Positions 20,432-29,820 of a stretch of 64,000 nucleotides of DNA are shown here, one piece after another; the first letter of the stretch is position 1, and the number at the start of each line of letters is the position of its first letter. This DNA comes from Candidatus Poribacteria bacterium (GTDB lineage Bacteria; Poribacteria; WGA-4E; WGA-3G), in contig OZ251518.1 in the NCBI GenBank assembly GCA_965242965.1, forward strand, positions 2,688,001-2,752,000. The letters run 5' to 3'. The translations under genes and the position numbers were made by a program. The notes below the pieces were generated by a model that searched no databases, was not told the origin of the DNA, and was given only the letters and a program-made list of their open reading frames with translations.

Positions 20432-21265
20432 ATGGAGAAGTCAAAACCTAGCGCGAGGCACGTTATCGTCGGTTATTTCCGTGAGATGCAGTCCCACAAA
20501 ACGGGCGCGATAGAAGGCATCGACATTGAATTTGTCCACGATATGCGCGTCGCCTCGCGGCGATTGCGCACGGTATTAGACGATGTTGCCGCCGCTTTCC
20601 CGCAGAGGGTGGACAAAAGATTCAAAAAGCGTTACAAAAAGATAAGAAAGATAACCCGCACGATGGGTGCGGTGCGAGATTTGGATGTCCTCATCGCACG
20701 TTTTCACGCGGAAAAAACGGTGTTGCCAGAAAGAGCACAACCAGATGTGCAAGCGTTGATTACGCACCTGAAAGAGAAACGGGACGCGGCGCGGCAACCG
20801 ATGCTGACGTTGTTTGCGAAACTGGCTGCATCCGATTTTGAGACGAAGTTTATGACGTTTTTTGACACACAGGCGTTTGATGTGCAATTTCGCGACGCGC
20901 ACATCCGGAAAATTATCCGCCAAAAGTGTGAAGACATTCGCGAATGGGAGCGTTTTATTGAAGACGCGGCGCGCCGCGAAGAACTCCACGAAATGCGAAT
21001 CGCTGTCCGGCGGCTCCGGTATTCCATGGAGGTTTTTATGCCAACCGCTGCACTTCTGTCGGAAGTCGTCGATTTGCAAAGGATACTCGGCGGCATCCAC
21101 GATTGCGATGTCGTGCTTGATGTGTTGACAAATTATCACGATGTGCATTTTCCGGGCATTGCGACGCTCATCGCGCGGACTCGCGAGAGCCGGGATGCGG
21201 ACTATGAAACGTTTTTGGAAAAATGGGAGGAGCACTTGCGATGGATAGTAACGTTATCGGTGTAG
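20432..21265 (+). CDS. CHAD domain protein (polyphosphate-binding family)
   Basis: VHDMRVASRRLR, GAVRDLDV, LHEMRIAVRRLRY, LQRILGGIHDCDV. Confidence 0.9.
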   Translation: MEKSKPSARHVIVGYFREMQSHKTGAIEGIDIEFVHDMRVASRRLRTVLDDVAAAFPQRVDKRFKKRYKKIRKITRTMGAVRDLDVLIARFHAEKTVLPERAQPDVQALITHLKEKRDAARQPMLTLFAKLAASDFETKFMTFFDTQAFDVQFRDAHIRKIIRQKCEDIREWERFIEDAARREELHEMRIAVRRLRYSMEVFMPTAALLSEVVDLQRILGGIHDCDVVLDVLTNYHDVHFPGIATLIARTRESRDADYETFLEKWEEHLRWIVTLSV

Positions 21266-22218
21266 ATATGGGCGGCACGAAGATTCTCGCCGCCGTTGTG
21301 AATGCGGAAGGCAAAATTTTAGGCACCGCCAAAATCCCCACGAAGGCGGACAAGGGTGCGTCTGTCGTCATTGACAGGATTGCGCACTGTATCCAAAAGG
21401 CTGTTGACAAATCGCGCGTGGACACTGCGTCCATTCAGGCAGTAGGGATTGGTGCCCCCGGTCCGCTTGACCCGGGTACAGGCGTTGTCATCTTCGCGCC
21501 GAATTTGGGGTGGACAGATGTGCCGCTCAAAACCGAACTTGAAAACCGCGTCGGCATTCCAACGTTCGTTGACAACGACGTAAACGTCGGAACACTCGGC
21601 GAGCATGCGTTCGGCGTGGGCAAAGGGGTGTCAACGCTCGTCGGCATTTTCGTCGGCACCGGCATTGGCGGCGGCATTATTATGGACGGTAAACTTTTCC
21701 ACGGTGCCAGCAAAACTGCGGGAGAGATTGGCCACATCATCGTCAAAGCCGGGGGGCCGCGGTGCGGATGCGGCACGCGCGGCTGCTTAGAAGCCCTAGC
21801 GAGCCGCACGGCTATCACGAGGCAGTTGCAGAAAGCCATCGTGAAAAAAGGGAAAAAGAGCGTCCTTCCTGAACTCACCGGCGGCGATTTGAAGTTAATT
21901 CGGAGCGGTGCTTTAGCGAAGGCACTCCGGCGAAACGATAAACTCACCGTGAAAGTTTTCAAGAAGGCGACGAAATACCTCGGCGTTGGCATCGCCTCCA
22001 TCGTCAATTTCTTGAATCCGGAGATGATAGTGTTGGGCGGTGGTGTCGTTGAGGCACTTGATGATAGTTTCTTGGACGATATCAAGGACGTTGCGGCGGC
22101 TTACGCACTGCCGAATACCTTAAACGGTGTCCAGATTGTCAAGGCGCAACTGGGAGACGATGCGGGGATTCTCGGCGCGGCCGCTTTGGCACGCCAGCGG
22201 TTTGCAGCCGCGCCCTAG
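21241..22218 (+). CDS. ROK-family sugar kinase (glucokinase)
   Basis: GVDMGGTK, DNDVN, GTGIGGG, GEIGH, CGCGTRGCLE. Confidence 0.9.
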   Translation: MDSNVIGVDMGGTKILAAVVNAEGKILGTAKIPTKADKGASVVIDRIAHCIQKAVDKSRVDTASIQAVGIGAPGPLDPGTGVVIFAPNLGWTDVPLKTELENRVGIPTFVDNDVNVGTLGEHAFGVGKGVSTLVGIFVGTGIGGGIIMDGKLFHGASKTAGEIGHIIVKAGGPRCGCGTRGCLEALASRTAITRQLQKAIVKKGKKSVLPELTGGDLKLIRSGALAKALRRNDKLTVKVFKKATKYLGVGIASIVNFLNPEMIVLGGGVVEALDDSFLDDIKDVAAAYALPNTLNGVQIVKAQLGDDAGILGAAALARQRFAAAP

Positions 22219-22452
22219 TTGCACGATGTTCGCCCTAGGTAGGCGCGATTTGAGCCAAGAATGAATGCGCGTGCTGTTATCCGTTTTGCATTGAATTTAC
22301 CCCGGTGGGTGAGGGCCTTTTCCACGCCGTTACCCGGCACGACTTAGAGCAAGGGCTGTTCCTCGCTAGGCAAGCATTGCCCTCGGCACTGCTGTCTGCT
22401 AAGGCAACGTCATCAGCCCAGACGCGGCCAGACTACCGCTAGGAACAAAAAA

Positions 22453-24156
22453 ATGTTAGTAGATGATAACAGAGAAGAGCACCGGATGATGATTTTCGGC
22501 AACGATAGCCAGTTCGTCCAAGAGCGGTTAATCGTTGACGATAACGCGGAACGTGATGGCATCTTGGCGCAGAAAGTGCACGCCGATTCCTACACGGTCA
22601 CGTTGTATGTGCTGCTCAAGGACTATGGGCTCACGCCTGTCTTCCGTATCAAGCCGCGTATCCGCTTCCACCGCTCTAACTACGATAACCTTTCGTCCAG
22701 CGCGCCCATTTTGTATAGCGTTGACGACATCATCCATTTCGCGGAGCTGAAGCGCGGCATCGATCTGACAGAAAAGCTGGACGAAACCAAACTGGCGGAG
22801 GTTCTCGGTGATGCCCCGACGCTCACCGATATGGCGAACGACGCGGCGTTGCAACTCGTCGCGCAGCGCGATGTCTCGCTACGGAATCCGCCTTTCAAAA
22901 CGAAAACGAAAATCTTCGGCAAAGGCGATGGCGAAGGCGAGGAGGAGAGCGGGATTCCGCTCGGGAAGTTCCTTGATGCGCTCAACCATCCGAAAGACAC
23001 GGAACGGATTTTCAAGGACTTTTCGCGAGGTGCCGAGTTTGCCCGCGATTTGCGCGAGGCGTTAGCCCCGTTTGAAGCGTTTGAGTTTCAATTCGGGCTC
23101 TACTCTCGCTATGAACGGCGCGATTGCGTCTTAGCAATTGCCCCCCCGGAGATGAGCGGCGGATACCGCGCCACGTTCGATCCGTGGACAGCCTTAGGGT
23201 ATATCCGCACGACGGGGGACACACAGCAGTTCCAAATCCTCGCGCACGAACGCGGCACGCGATGGGAACACAAGATTATGCTGGAGGGGCTAGATGCGCC
23301 GACGTTAGAACGCTTGGCGCAGGAAATCCGGACACTCCGCCGCGAGTACCTGATTGGGCGCGTGTTATCGAAAAGCCAGACAGCACTGAACATCTTGGCA
23401 CATCTCCGCGAATCGCAGTTGAACCTCACTACCGATTTACCGACAGGGTATCAACTTCGGTTGGAGGTGCCGCTCGCGAATAAGCGGTTTTCTGTGATAG
23501 AGCATCGCCGAAAACTGCGAGAAATCTTTAACGGGACAGGGAACCGATACTGTCTGCATCCGCTCAACGGCGATTTTGTTGAGAAGCACCAGAACTTGGC
23601 GAAAGGCGTTCGGAACGGTGCAGTCTGGATGCTTGAAAACGTCCACTTGTTCACAGGACTGCCGCCTGCGCAGACGAACGATGAGGAATTCCTGATTATC
23701 AGAACGCCGCGGCAAAACAAGTTTGTCGTCCGTTCCGCCGCAGAACTCCGCGAACGCCTGCCTCAAAACGGGTTCGAGAAGTGTTGGAATGAGACGATTG
23801 ACGAAGGCGGCTACACTATCCTCAATTCGACGAGTGGGAGAGGCTACACGGTGAGTTATGGCCGGCGCGAGACAGGCAGTATTCACGATGGGGTTATGAC
23901 ACAGGAGGGACGCGCTCACTATCTCTCCATTGACTACTTGGGGGTAGTGCCAGCACACCCCGGTGTTGTCCGCCACGACATCCCCGAAGTGCCGCAACAC
24001 CCCGGTCTTTTTGCGAGATTAATGAATCGATTGAGTCCGTCGGATGAGCCACCCGTGCCGCCGCACTTCCGGCAAATTATTGACACGGAACGGCAGATTC
24101 TTGCGGAGATGAAGTTGCTAGCGCGATATTGTAAAGAGAAGTTGGCGATTCCGTAA
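22453..24156 (+). CDS. hypothetical protein (567 aa)
   Basis: Long ORF with AGGA RBS; no motif recognised. Confidence 0.7.
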   Translation: MLVDDNREEHRMMIFGNDSQFVQERLIVDDNAERDGILAQKVHADSYTVTLYVLLKDYGLTPVFRIKPRIRFHRSNYDNLSSSAPILYSVDDIIHFAELKRGIDLTEKLDETKLAEVLGDAPTLTDMANDAALQLVAQRDVSLRNPPFKTKTKIFGKGDGEGEEESGIPLGKFLDALNHPKDTERIFKDFSRGAEFARDLREALAPFEAFEFQFGLYSRYERRDCVLAIAPPEMSGGYRATFDPWTALGYIRTTGDTQQFQILAHERGTRWEHKIMLEGLDAPTLERLAQEIRTLRREYLIGRVLSKSQTALNILAHLRESQLNLTTDLPTGYQLRLEVPLANKRFSVIEHRRKLREIFNGTGNRYCLHPLNGDFVEKHQNLAKGVRNGAVWMLENVHLFTGLPPAQTNDEEFLIIRTPRQNKFVVRSAAELRERLPQNGFEKCWNETIDEGGYTILNSTSGRGYTVSYGRRETGSIHDGVMTQEGRAHYLSIDYLGVVPAHPGVVRHDIPEVPQHPGLFARLMNRLSPSDEPPVPPHFRQIIDTERQILAEMKLLARYCKEKLAIP

Positions 24157-24258
24157 GCGTGATTGCGTGTTTCGGGCACCAATTTTTTTGCAAATTCAGT
24201 TTGAGATATGCTATAATTTTCTCAAACCGAAAGCGCACTGTAGAGGAGAACTATTTTC

Positions 24259-25494
24259 ATGATAAAGCGACTTGTCGTCAAGGGGTTGAACAACCGAGCC
24301 GATGGCACGCACGACTTGGAATTTCATCCCGATTTGAACATTTTCACCGGCCCGAACGGCTCGGGGAAAACGACGCTGCTGAAACTAATCTGGTATCTCA
24401 TTAGCGGGAATCTGGAACGCATCTTTCCGGAAATTCCGTTTCAGTTTGTTTCTATTGAGACAGACGTATTCGCTTTGGAGATGGCTTGGGTTGAACAAAA
24501 GTGGGACGGCACCTTGCGATTTGACGGACAGCACACGTTCGGTGAGAGTAAGGTTGAACTCAAATGGCGATTCACTGGAGAGAAAGAATTTTCGGAACCG
24601 TTATCCGTGGATTCGGAAACTAAGGCTATCCACCGTGCGGATGTTGATAAGATAAACGCGCTGAAAAAACGCCTCGCGCAGACGACGAAGAGCAGCCTCT
24701 TCTTTCCAACCTTTCGGCGGATTGAAGGCGGCTTCTCAAGTATCTCCGGAGATGCTGATGAACTCTCTGTGAGGTTGCGGACTTCGGCCCCGGAAGGGCT
24801 TCAACTTTCGATGTCGCAATTTTCAACGGAGATGTCGGTTAACGACCACAAGTTCATCGCCTCAATTTCAACGAATGATTTGTGGAAATTGCTAACGCAG
24901 AAATACGTTGATATTCATGAGGAAATCATCGGACTGCAGTCGCGGGTATTAGACAATATTTCAAAGCAGATCCAAACCTCTGCTGATCAGTCAGAAGCAT
25001 CTGAGACTCAGATTCTTCAAGATGTTACTTCTGTCGTGAATGCTATTAAGCATGTTGATGAGCAGAAAGATTTGCTCCGGAAGCCGTTTTCGGTGTTATC
25101 GGATCTGACTCGGCAACTCTTACAGTATCAGGCAATTCGTGTTACGGGACGGGTTGCCAGCGGGGAAATGACAGCCGGAATTACCCTCGGCGCAGGAAAA
25201 GATGGCATCACGCCCGCTGAAACCAAGGAAGCCATCTCCTCCGACAAACTCTCTGCCGGCGAGAAGCAGATGCTTAGCTTCCTCTGCTACAACGCATTTA
25301 GCGACAACGCCGCCATTTTCATTGATGAACCGGAACTAAGCCTGCATGTAGACTGGCAAAGACTACTCTTGCCTGTGCTGTTGCAGCAGCAAACCAACAA
25401 TCAATTTTTTGTGGCCACGCACTCACCTTTCGTCGCCATGAAGTATCCGGACAAGGAATTTCTCCTGGGGGATGACCGGGGAGGAGAAATCTGA
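24259..25494 (+). CDS. ABC/AAA-type ATPase (AriA-like)
   Basis: GPNGSGKT, LSAGEKQ signature, IDEPELSLH, ATHS; promoter TTGCAA-18-TATAAT at 24188-24217. Confidence 0.85.
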   Translation: MIKRLVVKGLNNRADGTHDLEFHPDLNIFTGPNGSGKTTLLKLIWYLISGNLERIFPEIPFQFVSIETDVFALEMAWVEQKWDGTLRFDGQHTFGESKVELKWRFTGEKEFSEPLSVDSETKAIHRADVDKINALKKRLAQTTKSSLFFPTFRRIEGGFSSISGDADELSVRLRTSAPEGLQLSMSQFSTEMSVNDHKFIASISTNDLWKLLTQKYVDIHEEIIGLQSRVLDNISKQIQTSADQSEASETQILQDVTSVVNAIKHVDEQKDLLRKPFSVLSDLTRQLLQYQAIRVTGRVASGEMTAGITLGAGKDGITPAETKEAISSDKLSAGEKQMLSFLCYNAFSDNAAIFIDEPELSLHVDWQRLLLPVLLQQQTNNQFFVATHSPFVAMKYPDKEFLLGDDRGGEI

Positions 25495-26243
25495 TGCCGA
25501 ATCTGAGTGCTACGTTAACGGTAGACGATCTAATCTTCGCGCTGCGCCGTTCCCAAAAACCAAATCTCGTTGTTGAAGGCAAGGACGATGAGGGAATTTA
25601 TGGGGTGCTTGTAGAGCGGCTTGGAATATTCGACGTAGATTTTCATATTTCTGGCGGAAGGCAGAAACTTCTTGAGATTTATGAACGCAGAAGCGAATTC
25701 GCTCACGTCCCTGTCGCCTTTATCGCCGACCAGGATATGTGGTTGTTCTCAGAGAGCCCCCAACGCTATAAGGGGATTATTTGGACAAAAGGCTATAGCA
25801 TTGAGAATGACCTCTACGCCGGCGCGGAACTTGAACGCTTAATGGATGCTGTCGAAAGGCTTGAACATCAAAAGGTGTTGGAGGCCATCGTTGAATGGTT
25901 CGCGTTTGAGGTCGAAGAATTTTTAGCAGGAAGAGCAGCTGAGGTTGATACCCATTGTAACCGAATTGTTCCGCTGAATCAGACAGAAATTAGCGATGAG
26001 TTTCGCAAGAGCCGCGGATTGCGCCGACCTAATCCACAACTTCATCAACAAATCAGGGAAGCATATCAACTTCAACTGAGAGGAAAGCATCTTTTTGACT
26101 TGCTCCTTCGGTTTCGGGGCACTAAGCATAGCCGTCGTGGACTGCACGAAATCGCATTGAAGATGCCGGATTTTCACCCGTTAATGGATAGGCTAATGCA
26201 GGAGATAAACCGAAAAATCGCCGAGCAGAGAGGTGTGTCTTGA
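25494..26243 (+). CDS. DUF4435 TOPRIM-like protein (AriB-like)
   Basis: VEGKDD, IADQD, YSIENDLY motifs; TGATG coupling to the ATPase. Confidence 0.8.
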   Translation: MPNLSATLTVDDLIFALRRSQKPNLVVEGKDDEGIYGVLVERLGIFDVDFHISGGRQKLLEIYERRSEFAHVPVAFIADQDMWLFSESPQRYKGIIWTKGYSIENDLYAGAELERLMDAVERLEHQKVLEAIVEWFAFEVEEFLAGRAAEVDTHCNRIVPLNQTEISDEFRKSRGLRRPNPQLHQQIREAYQLQLRGKHLFDLLLRFRGTKHSRRGLHEIALKMPDFHPLMDRLMQEINRKIAEQRGVS

Positions 26244-26341
26244 TAGCACCCGCTTCTCCGAATAACAGAGGCCGGAGTCCCGAGCCGCTTGCAAATGCAT
26301 TTTGCAATGAGCGCATTTTGTTTGTAGGAGGAACCCAAACC

Positions 26342-27166
26342 GTGCCAAAACGCAGAGTCCTCATCACAGGAGCCGCCGGCTATATCGCCGGACGGATGCT
26401 CCCCGAATTTCGTGAACGCTACGAACTTGTCCTCATCGACGTGAAAACTACGAACCGACAAGACGAAGAAGTCAAAGGCGTTCAAATTGCCGAACTGACG
26501 AACCCTAACCGAGAACGCTACCGCCACCATTTCAACGGCGTTGATGCTGTCGTGCATTGCGCCTTCAAAGGCGGCAGTTTTGAGAACGAACTTGCCAACA
26601 TTCAGATGGCATATAATATCTACCAGACCTGCGTGGAAACCGAGGTTCGCCGCGTCGTCGTCTGTAGTTCCAATCACGCCGCCGACTATTATGAACGTCT
26701 CATCTGGGCAGATAAGTGGGATGTCGTCACGCCAGAGATGCGGCCGCTGTCCGATAACTTCTACGGATGGGCAAAAGAGGCGTATGAGCACCTCGGCTTC
26801 GTCTTCGCCACCGGACACGTCGATGGGAAGAAACTCCAGAATGTGCAGTTGCGCATCGGCGGGCCTCGCGAAACTGATATGGCGAACGCCTCTGCTGACG
26901 ATTTAAAGGCTATGCACCGCGGACTCGGCGCATATCTGAGCGTCCGGGACCAGGTCCAACTCTTCGTCAAGAGTATTGAGACAGAGAATATCGAGGACGA
27001 AAACGGGATTCCGTTCCAGATCTTCTACGGCATCAGCGACAATTCGCATAAATTCTGGAGCATCGCTAATGCACGCAAAGTCATCGGCTATGCACCGGAA
27101 GACGACAGCCAACGCCGATTCGCCGATAGACTGGCAGAAGTATTGGCACAAGCAAAAACCGAATAG
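26342..27166 (+). CDS. NAD-dependent epimerase/dehydrogenase (uronate dehydrogenase-like)
   Basis: ITGAAGYIA, SSNHA, YGWAK, LRIG; GTG start after AGGAGG. Confidence 0.85.
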   Translation: MPKRRVLITGAAGYIAGRMLPEFRERYELVLIDVKTTNRQDEEVKGVQIAELTNPNRERYRHHFNGVDAVVHCAFKGGSFENELANIQMAYNIYQTCVETEVRRVVVCSSNHAADYYERLIWADKWDVVTPEMRPLSDNFYGWAKEAYEHLGFVFATGHVDGKKLQNVQLRIGGPRETDMANASADDLKAMHRGLGAYLSVRDQVQLFVKSIETENIEDENGIPFQIFYGISDNSHKFWSIANARKVIGYAPEDDSQRRFADRLAEVLAQAKTE

Positions 27167-27357
27167 CCGCGCGCCAATCTTTTTTGTTGACAACGTTTCC
27201 TGTCTGCGGTAAGATAACGATTGAAAACGGAGTCATTGACAACGTTGATGAATCTGATGACATCTCTAGTCAGAATACGTCAGGTATACCCTTCCAAAGG
27301 GGGTTAATACCTCATTGCACAAAAGAGATGATTAAACGCTTTACGAACGAGGGAAAC

Positions 27358-28107
27358 ATGAAATTTGCACGATACACATTGAACGAAACTATCGGTTACG
27401 GGCTCGTTGAAGGCGATGCCTTGCGCGTGCTATCGGGATGCCCGTTTTCGGATTATGAAGAAACCGGCGATACCGTTGCGCTAGCCGATGTCCAACTGCT
27501 CGCGCCGACAGTTCCCACGAAAGTCCTCGCGGTTGGCCTGAATTACCGCAGCCACTTAGGGGGGCAGCCCGAACCGCAAAACCCAGAAATCTTCATCAAA
27601 ACGCCTTCGTGTATCAACAACCCTGGCGGTGAGATTGTCTTACCCGCCGGCGATGATGACGTGCACGCCGAAGGCGAACTCGTCGTTATCATGAAGAAGC
27701 AGACGCGAAAGGCAACGCCGGAAGAAGCCGCCGCCAACATCTTAGGCGTAACCTGCGGTAACGATGTCAGCGCGAGGACTTGGCAGAGCGATGACCTGCA
27801 GTGGTGGCGCGCCAAAGCCTCTGATACGTTCGGCCCCGTGGGGCCCTTCATCGCAACCGATATCGACTACACGAACGCGCAATTGGAGACGCGCATCAAC
27901 GGCACCGTTGTGCAAGCGCAGACAACCGCAGACCTGATTTTCCCGGTAACGACGATTATCAGTTTCATTTCACAAGCGATAACGCTGGAGCCCGGCGACG
28001 CAGTCTTCACCGGAACACCGGGCACTACCAGCGCGTTGAAAGCCGGTGATGTCGTCGAAATTGAGATTGAAGGCATCGGCGTGTTGCGGAATCCTGTTGT
28101 TGGCTAA
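27358..28107 (+). CDS. fumarylacetoacetate hydrolase family protein
   Basis: VGLNYRSH, HAEGEL, NDVSAR, TLEPGD..TGTPG. Confidence 0.9.
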   Translation: MKFARYTLNETIGYGLVEGDALRVLSGCPFSDYEETGDTVALADVQLLAPTVPTKVLAVGLNYRSHLGGQPEPQNPEIFIKTPSCINNPGGEIVLPAGDDDVHAEGELVVIMKKQTRKATPEEAAANILGVTCGNDVSARTWQSDDLQWWRAKASDTFGPVGPFIATDIDYTNAQLETRINGTVVQAQTTADLIFPVTTIISFISQAITLEPGDAVFTGTPGTTSALKAGDVVEIEIEGIGVLRNPVVG

Positions 28108-28239
28108 TGTTTTCGGACTACGGGCTCGGCGGTTCTGTGGTGCGGAAGCCTGCTGATACCAAAAAGCGCGGACGAGGGAGTGTTCCTCTTCCGCGCTTTT
28201 TTCTCTCCAATTAAAATCCGAGGTGTGCTAGAGTAAATT

Positions 28240-28571
28240 GAGGGGGTTTCATAAATCGCGCAACGTCGCGGGGGAAACCCGCTCGGATGCGCGTGCGGCA
28301 TCCGAGGGGCCCCGTGCTACGGTATCGGGAGGGTTCTTCGTCGAAAAACGGCCCCTTCCTTCCGCGTAGGGCGAGGGCCTGTCCCTCGCCATGCCGCACT
28401 CTACCGGAAACTCGCGGGGGACAGGCCCCCGCGCTACGGTACTATGACATTTTCTTGACGGGTCTCTCCTCCGGTGTTGCATCGAGACCAGGAGGTCTCT
28501 CCTACCGGGGAAACGGAATCGTTCGGGTGTCACGAAACCATTTTGACAACAACGAGTTATGAAACACCCTC
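28240..28571 (-). mobile_element. MITE-like element, 14-bp TIR, 8-bp TSD agtaaatt, REP cargo
   Basis: gagggggtttcata ... tatgaaacaccctc flanked by agtaaatt at 28232-28239 and 28572-28579. Confidence 0.85.
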
Positions 28572-28643
28572 AGTAAATTACGATTTATTTTTTTTACCTC
28601 TATTCTGCCTCTGTCCTGAAGAACAAAGGAGCAGTAGTGATTC

Positions 28644-29741
28644 ATGATTCGTCCAAAACCCAAAGTCACAGTCGTCGGTAGTTTGAACATCGATCTGGTG
28701 AGCCGCGCCCCTCGGTATCCGCAGCAAGGCGAGACGCTCATCGGCGACGCGTTTGATATCTTCACCGGCGGAAAAGGGTTTAATCAGGCCACCGCCGCGG
28801 CGCGATTAGGCGCGGATGTCACGCTTATCGGCTGCGTCGGCACAGATTCTTTCGGGGAGATGCTCCTCTCGGCAATGGCTGCGGAGCAACTCGATGGAAG
28901 GATAAAGCGCGCCGAAGTAGGCACCGGCGTTGCAACCATCGTCGTTGAACCGAACGGCGAAAATAGCATCATCGTCGTGCCGCGCGCAAATATGACGTTG
29001 ACACCTGCAGATATTGAAGAAGCCGCCCCTTGCATCGCCGAGGCGGATGTGTTGCTCCTGCAATTGGAAACCCCGATTGCCGCATCCGAACGCGCCGCTG
29101 AGATTGCGAAGACGAACGGCACTACCGTGCTGCTCAATCCGGCACCGGCGCAACCTCTACCCGACAGTTTCCTCGCACACATTGACATCATCGTTCCCAA
29201 CGAATCCGAGGCGGCGTTGCTGACAGGCATGCCAGTAACGAATGCAGAAGAAGCCGTATCCGCCGCGCGCCGCTTGATGACTACCGACGCGGCGACAACC
29301 GCCCCCGGTCCCGTAGCGCGAGGGCCTGTCCCTCGCGATGCCGCGCTCGCTGCGACAACCTCCCCTGCTGCCGTAGCGCGAGGGCCTGTCCCTCGCGACC
29401 GTTCGGCGCAAACATCCCCCGGTTCCGTAGCGCGAGGGCCTGTCCCTCGCGATGCCAATTTGGCGAATACCGAAATCCCCGCCATCGTGTTAACACTCGG
29501 TGAAAGCGGCGCATTGTTGCTGACAGCAGAAATATCCGAGGTAATTCCCGCTCTCCCAGTTGACGTAGTCGATACAACGGGCGCGGGGGACGCATTCTGT
29601 GGCGCGCTGGCGACTGCGCTGGCCTCTGGTGAGAGTCCGCGAGAAGCCGTCAGGTTTGCGAATGTAGCGGGTGCGGCGGCCGTCACCACCCTCGGCGCGA
29701 CTCCCTCAATGCCGACGCGCGAAGAATTAAAAAAGATTTGA
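28644..29741 (+). CDS. rbsK: ribokinase with in-frame triple REP insertion
   Basis: VGSLNID, GGKGFNQA, LQLE, NPAPA, PNESE, DTTGAGDAF. Confidence 0.92.
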   Translation: MIRPKPKVTVVGSLNIDLVSRAPRYPQQGETLIGDAFDIFTGGKGFNQATAAARLGADVTLIGCVGTDSFGEMLLSAMAAEQLDGRIKRAEVGTGVATIVVEPNGENSIIVVPRANMTLTPADIEEAAPCIAEADVLLLQLETPIAASERAAEIAKTNGTTVLLNPAPAQPLPDSFLAHIDIIVPNESEAALLTGMPVTNAEEAVSAARRLMTTDAATTAPGPVARGPVPRDAALAATTSPAAVARGPVPRDRSAQTSPGSVARGPVPRDANLANTEIPAIVLTLGESGALLLTAEISEVIPALPVDVVDTTGAGDAFCGALATALASGESPREAVRFANVAGAAAVTTLGATPSMPTREELKKI

Positions 29742-29766
29742 CAATGTTTGAAAAATAACGTATAAT
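29738..29766 (+). promoter_or_regulatory. consensus sigma70 promoter TTGACA-17-TATAAT for era
   Basis: Exact consensus; the -35 box overlaps the rbsK stop. Confidence 0.75.
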
Positions 29767-29820
29767 ATATGCAACGCGCAGTATAGCAAAATTAGCAACT
29801 TTTTAAAGACAACATCAACT

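Noticed and set aside
28784-29689. long antisense ORF opposite rbsK and similar shadow ORFs
   Set aside because: Expected by-product of GC-rich codon usage on the coding strand.
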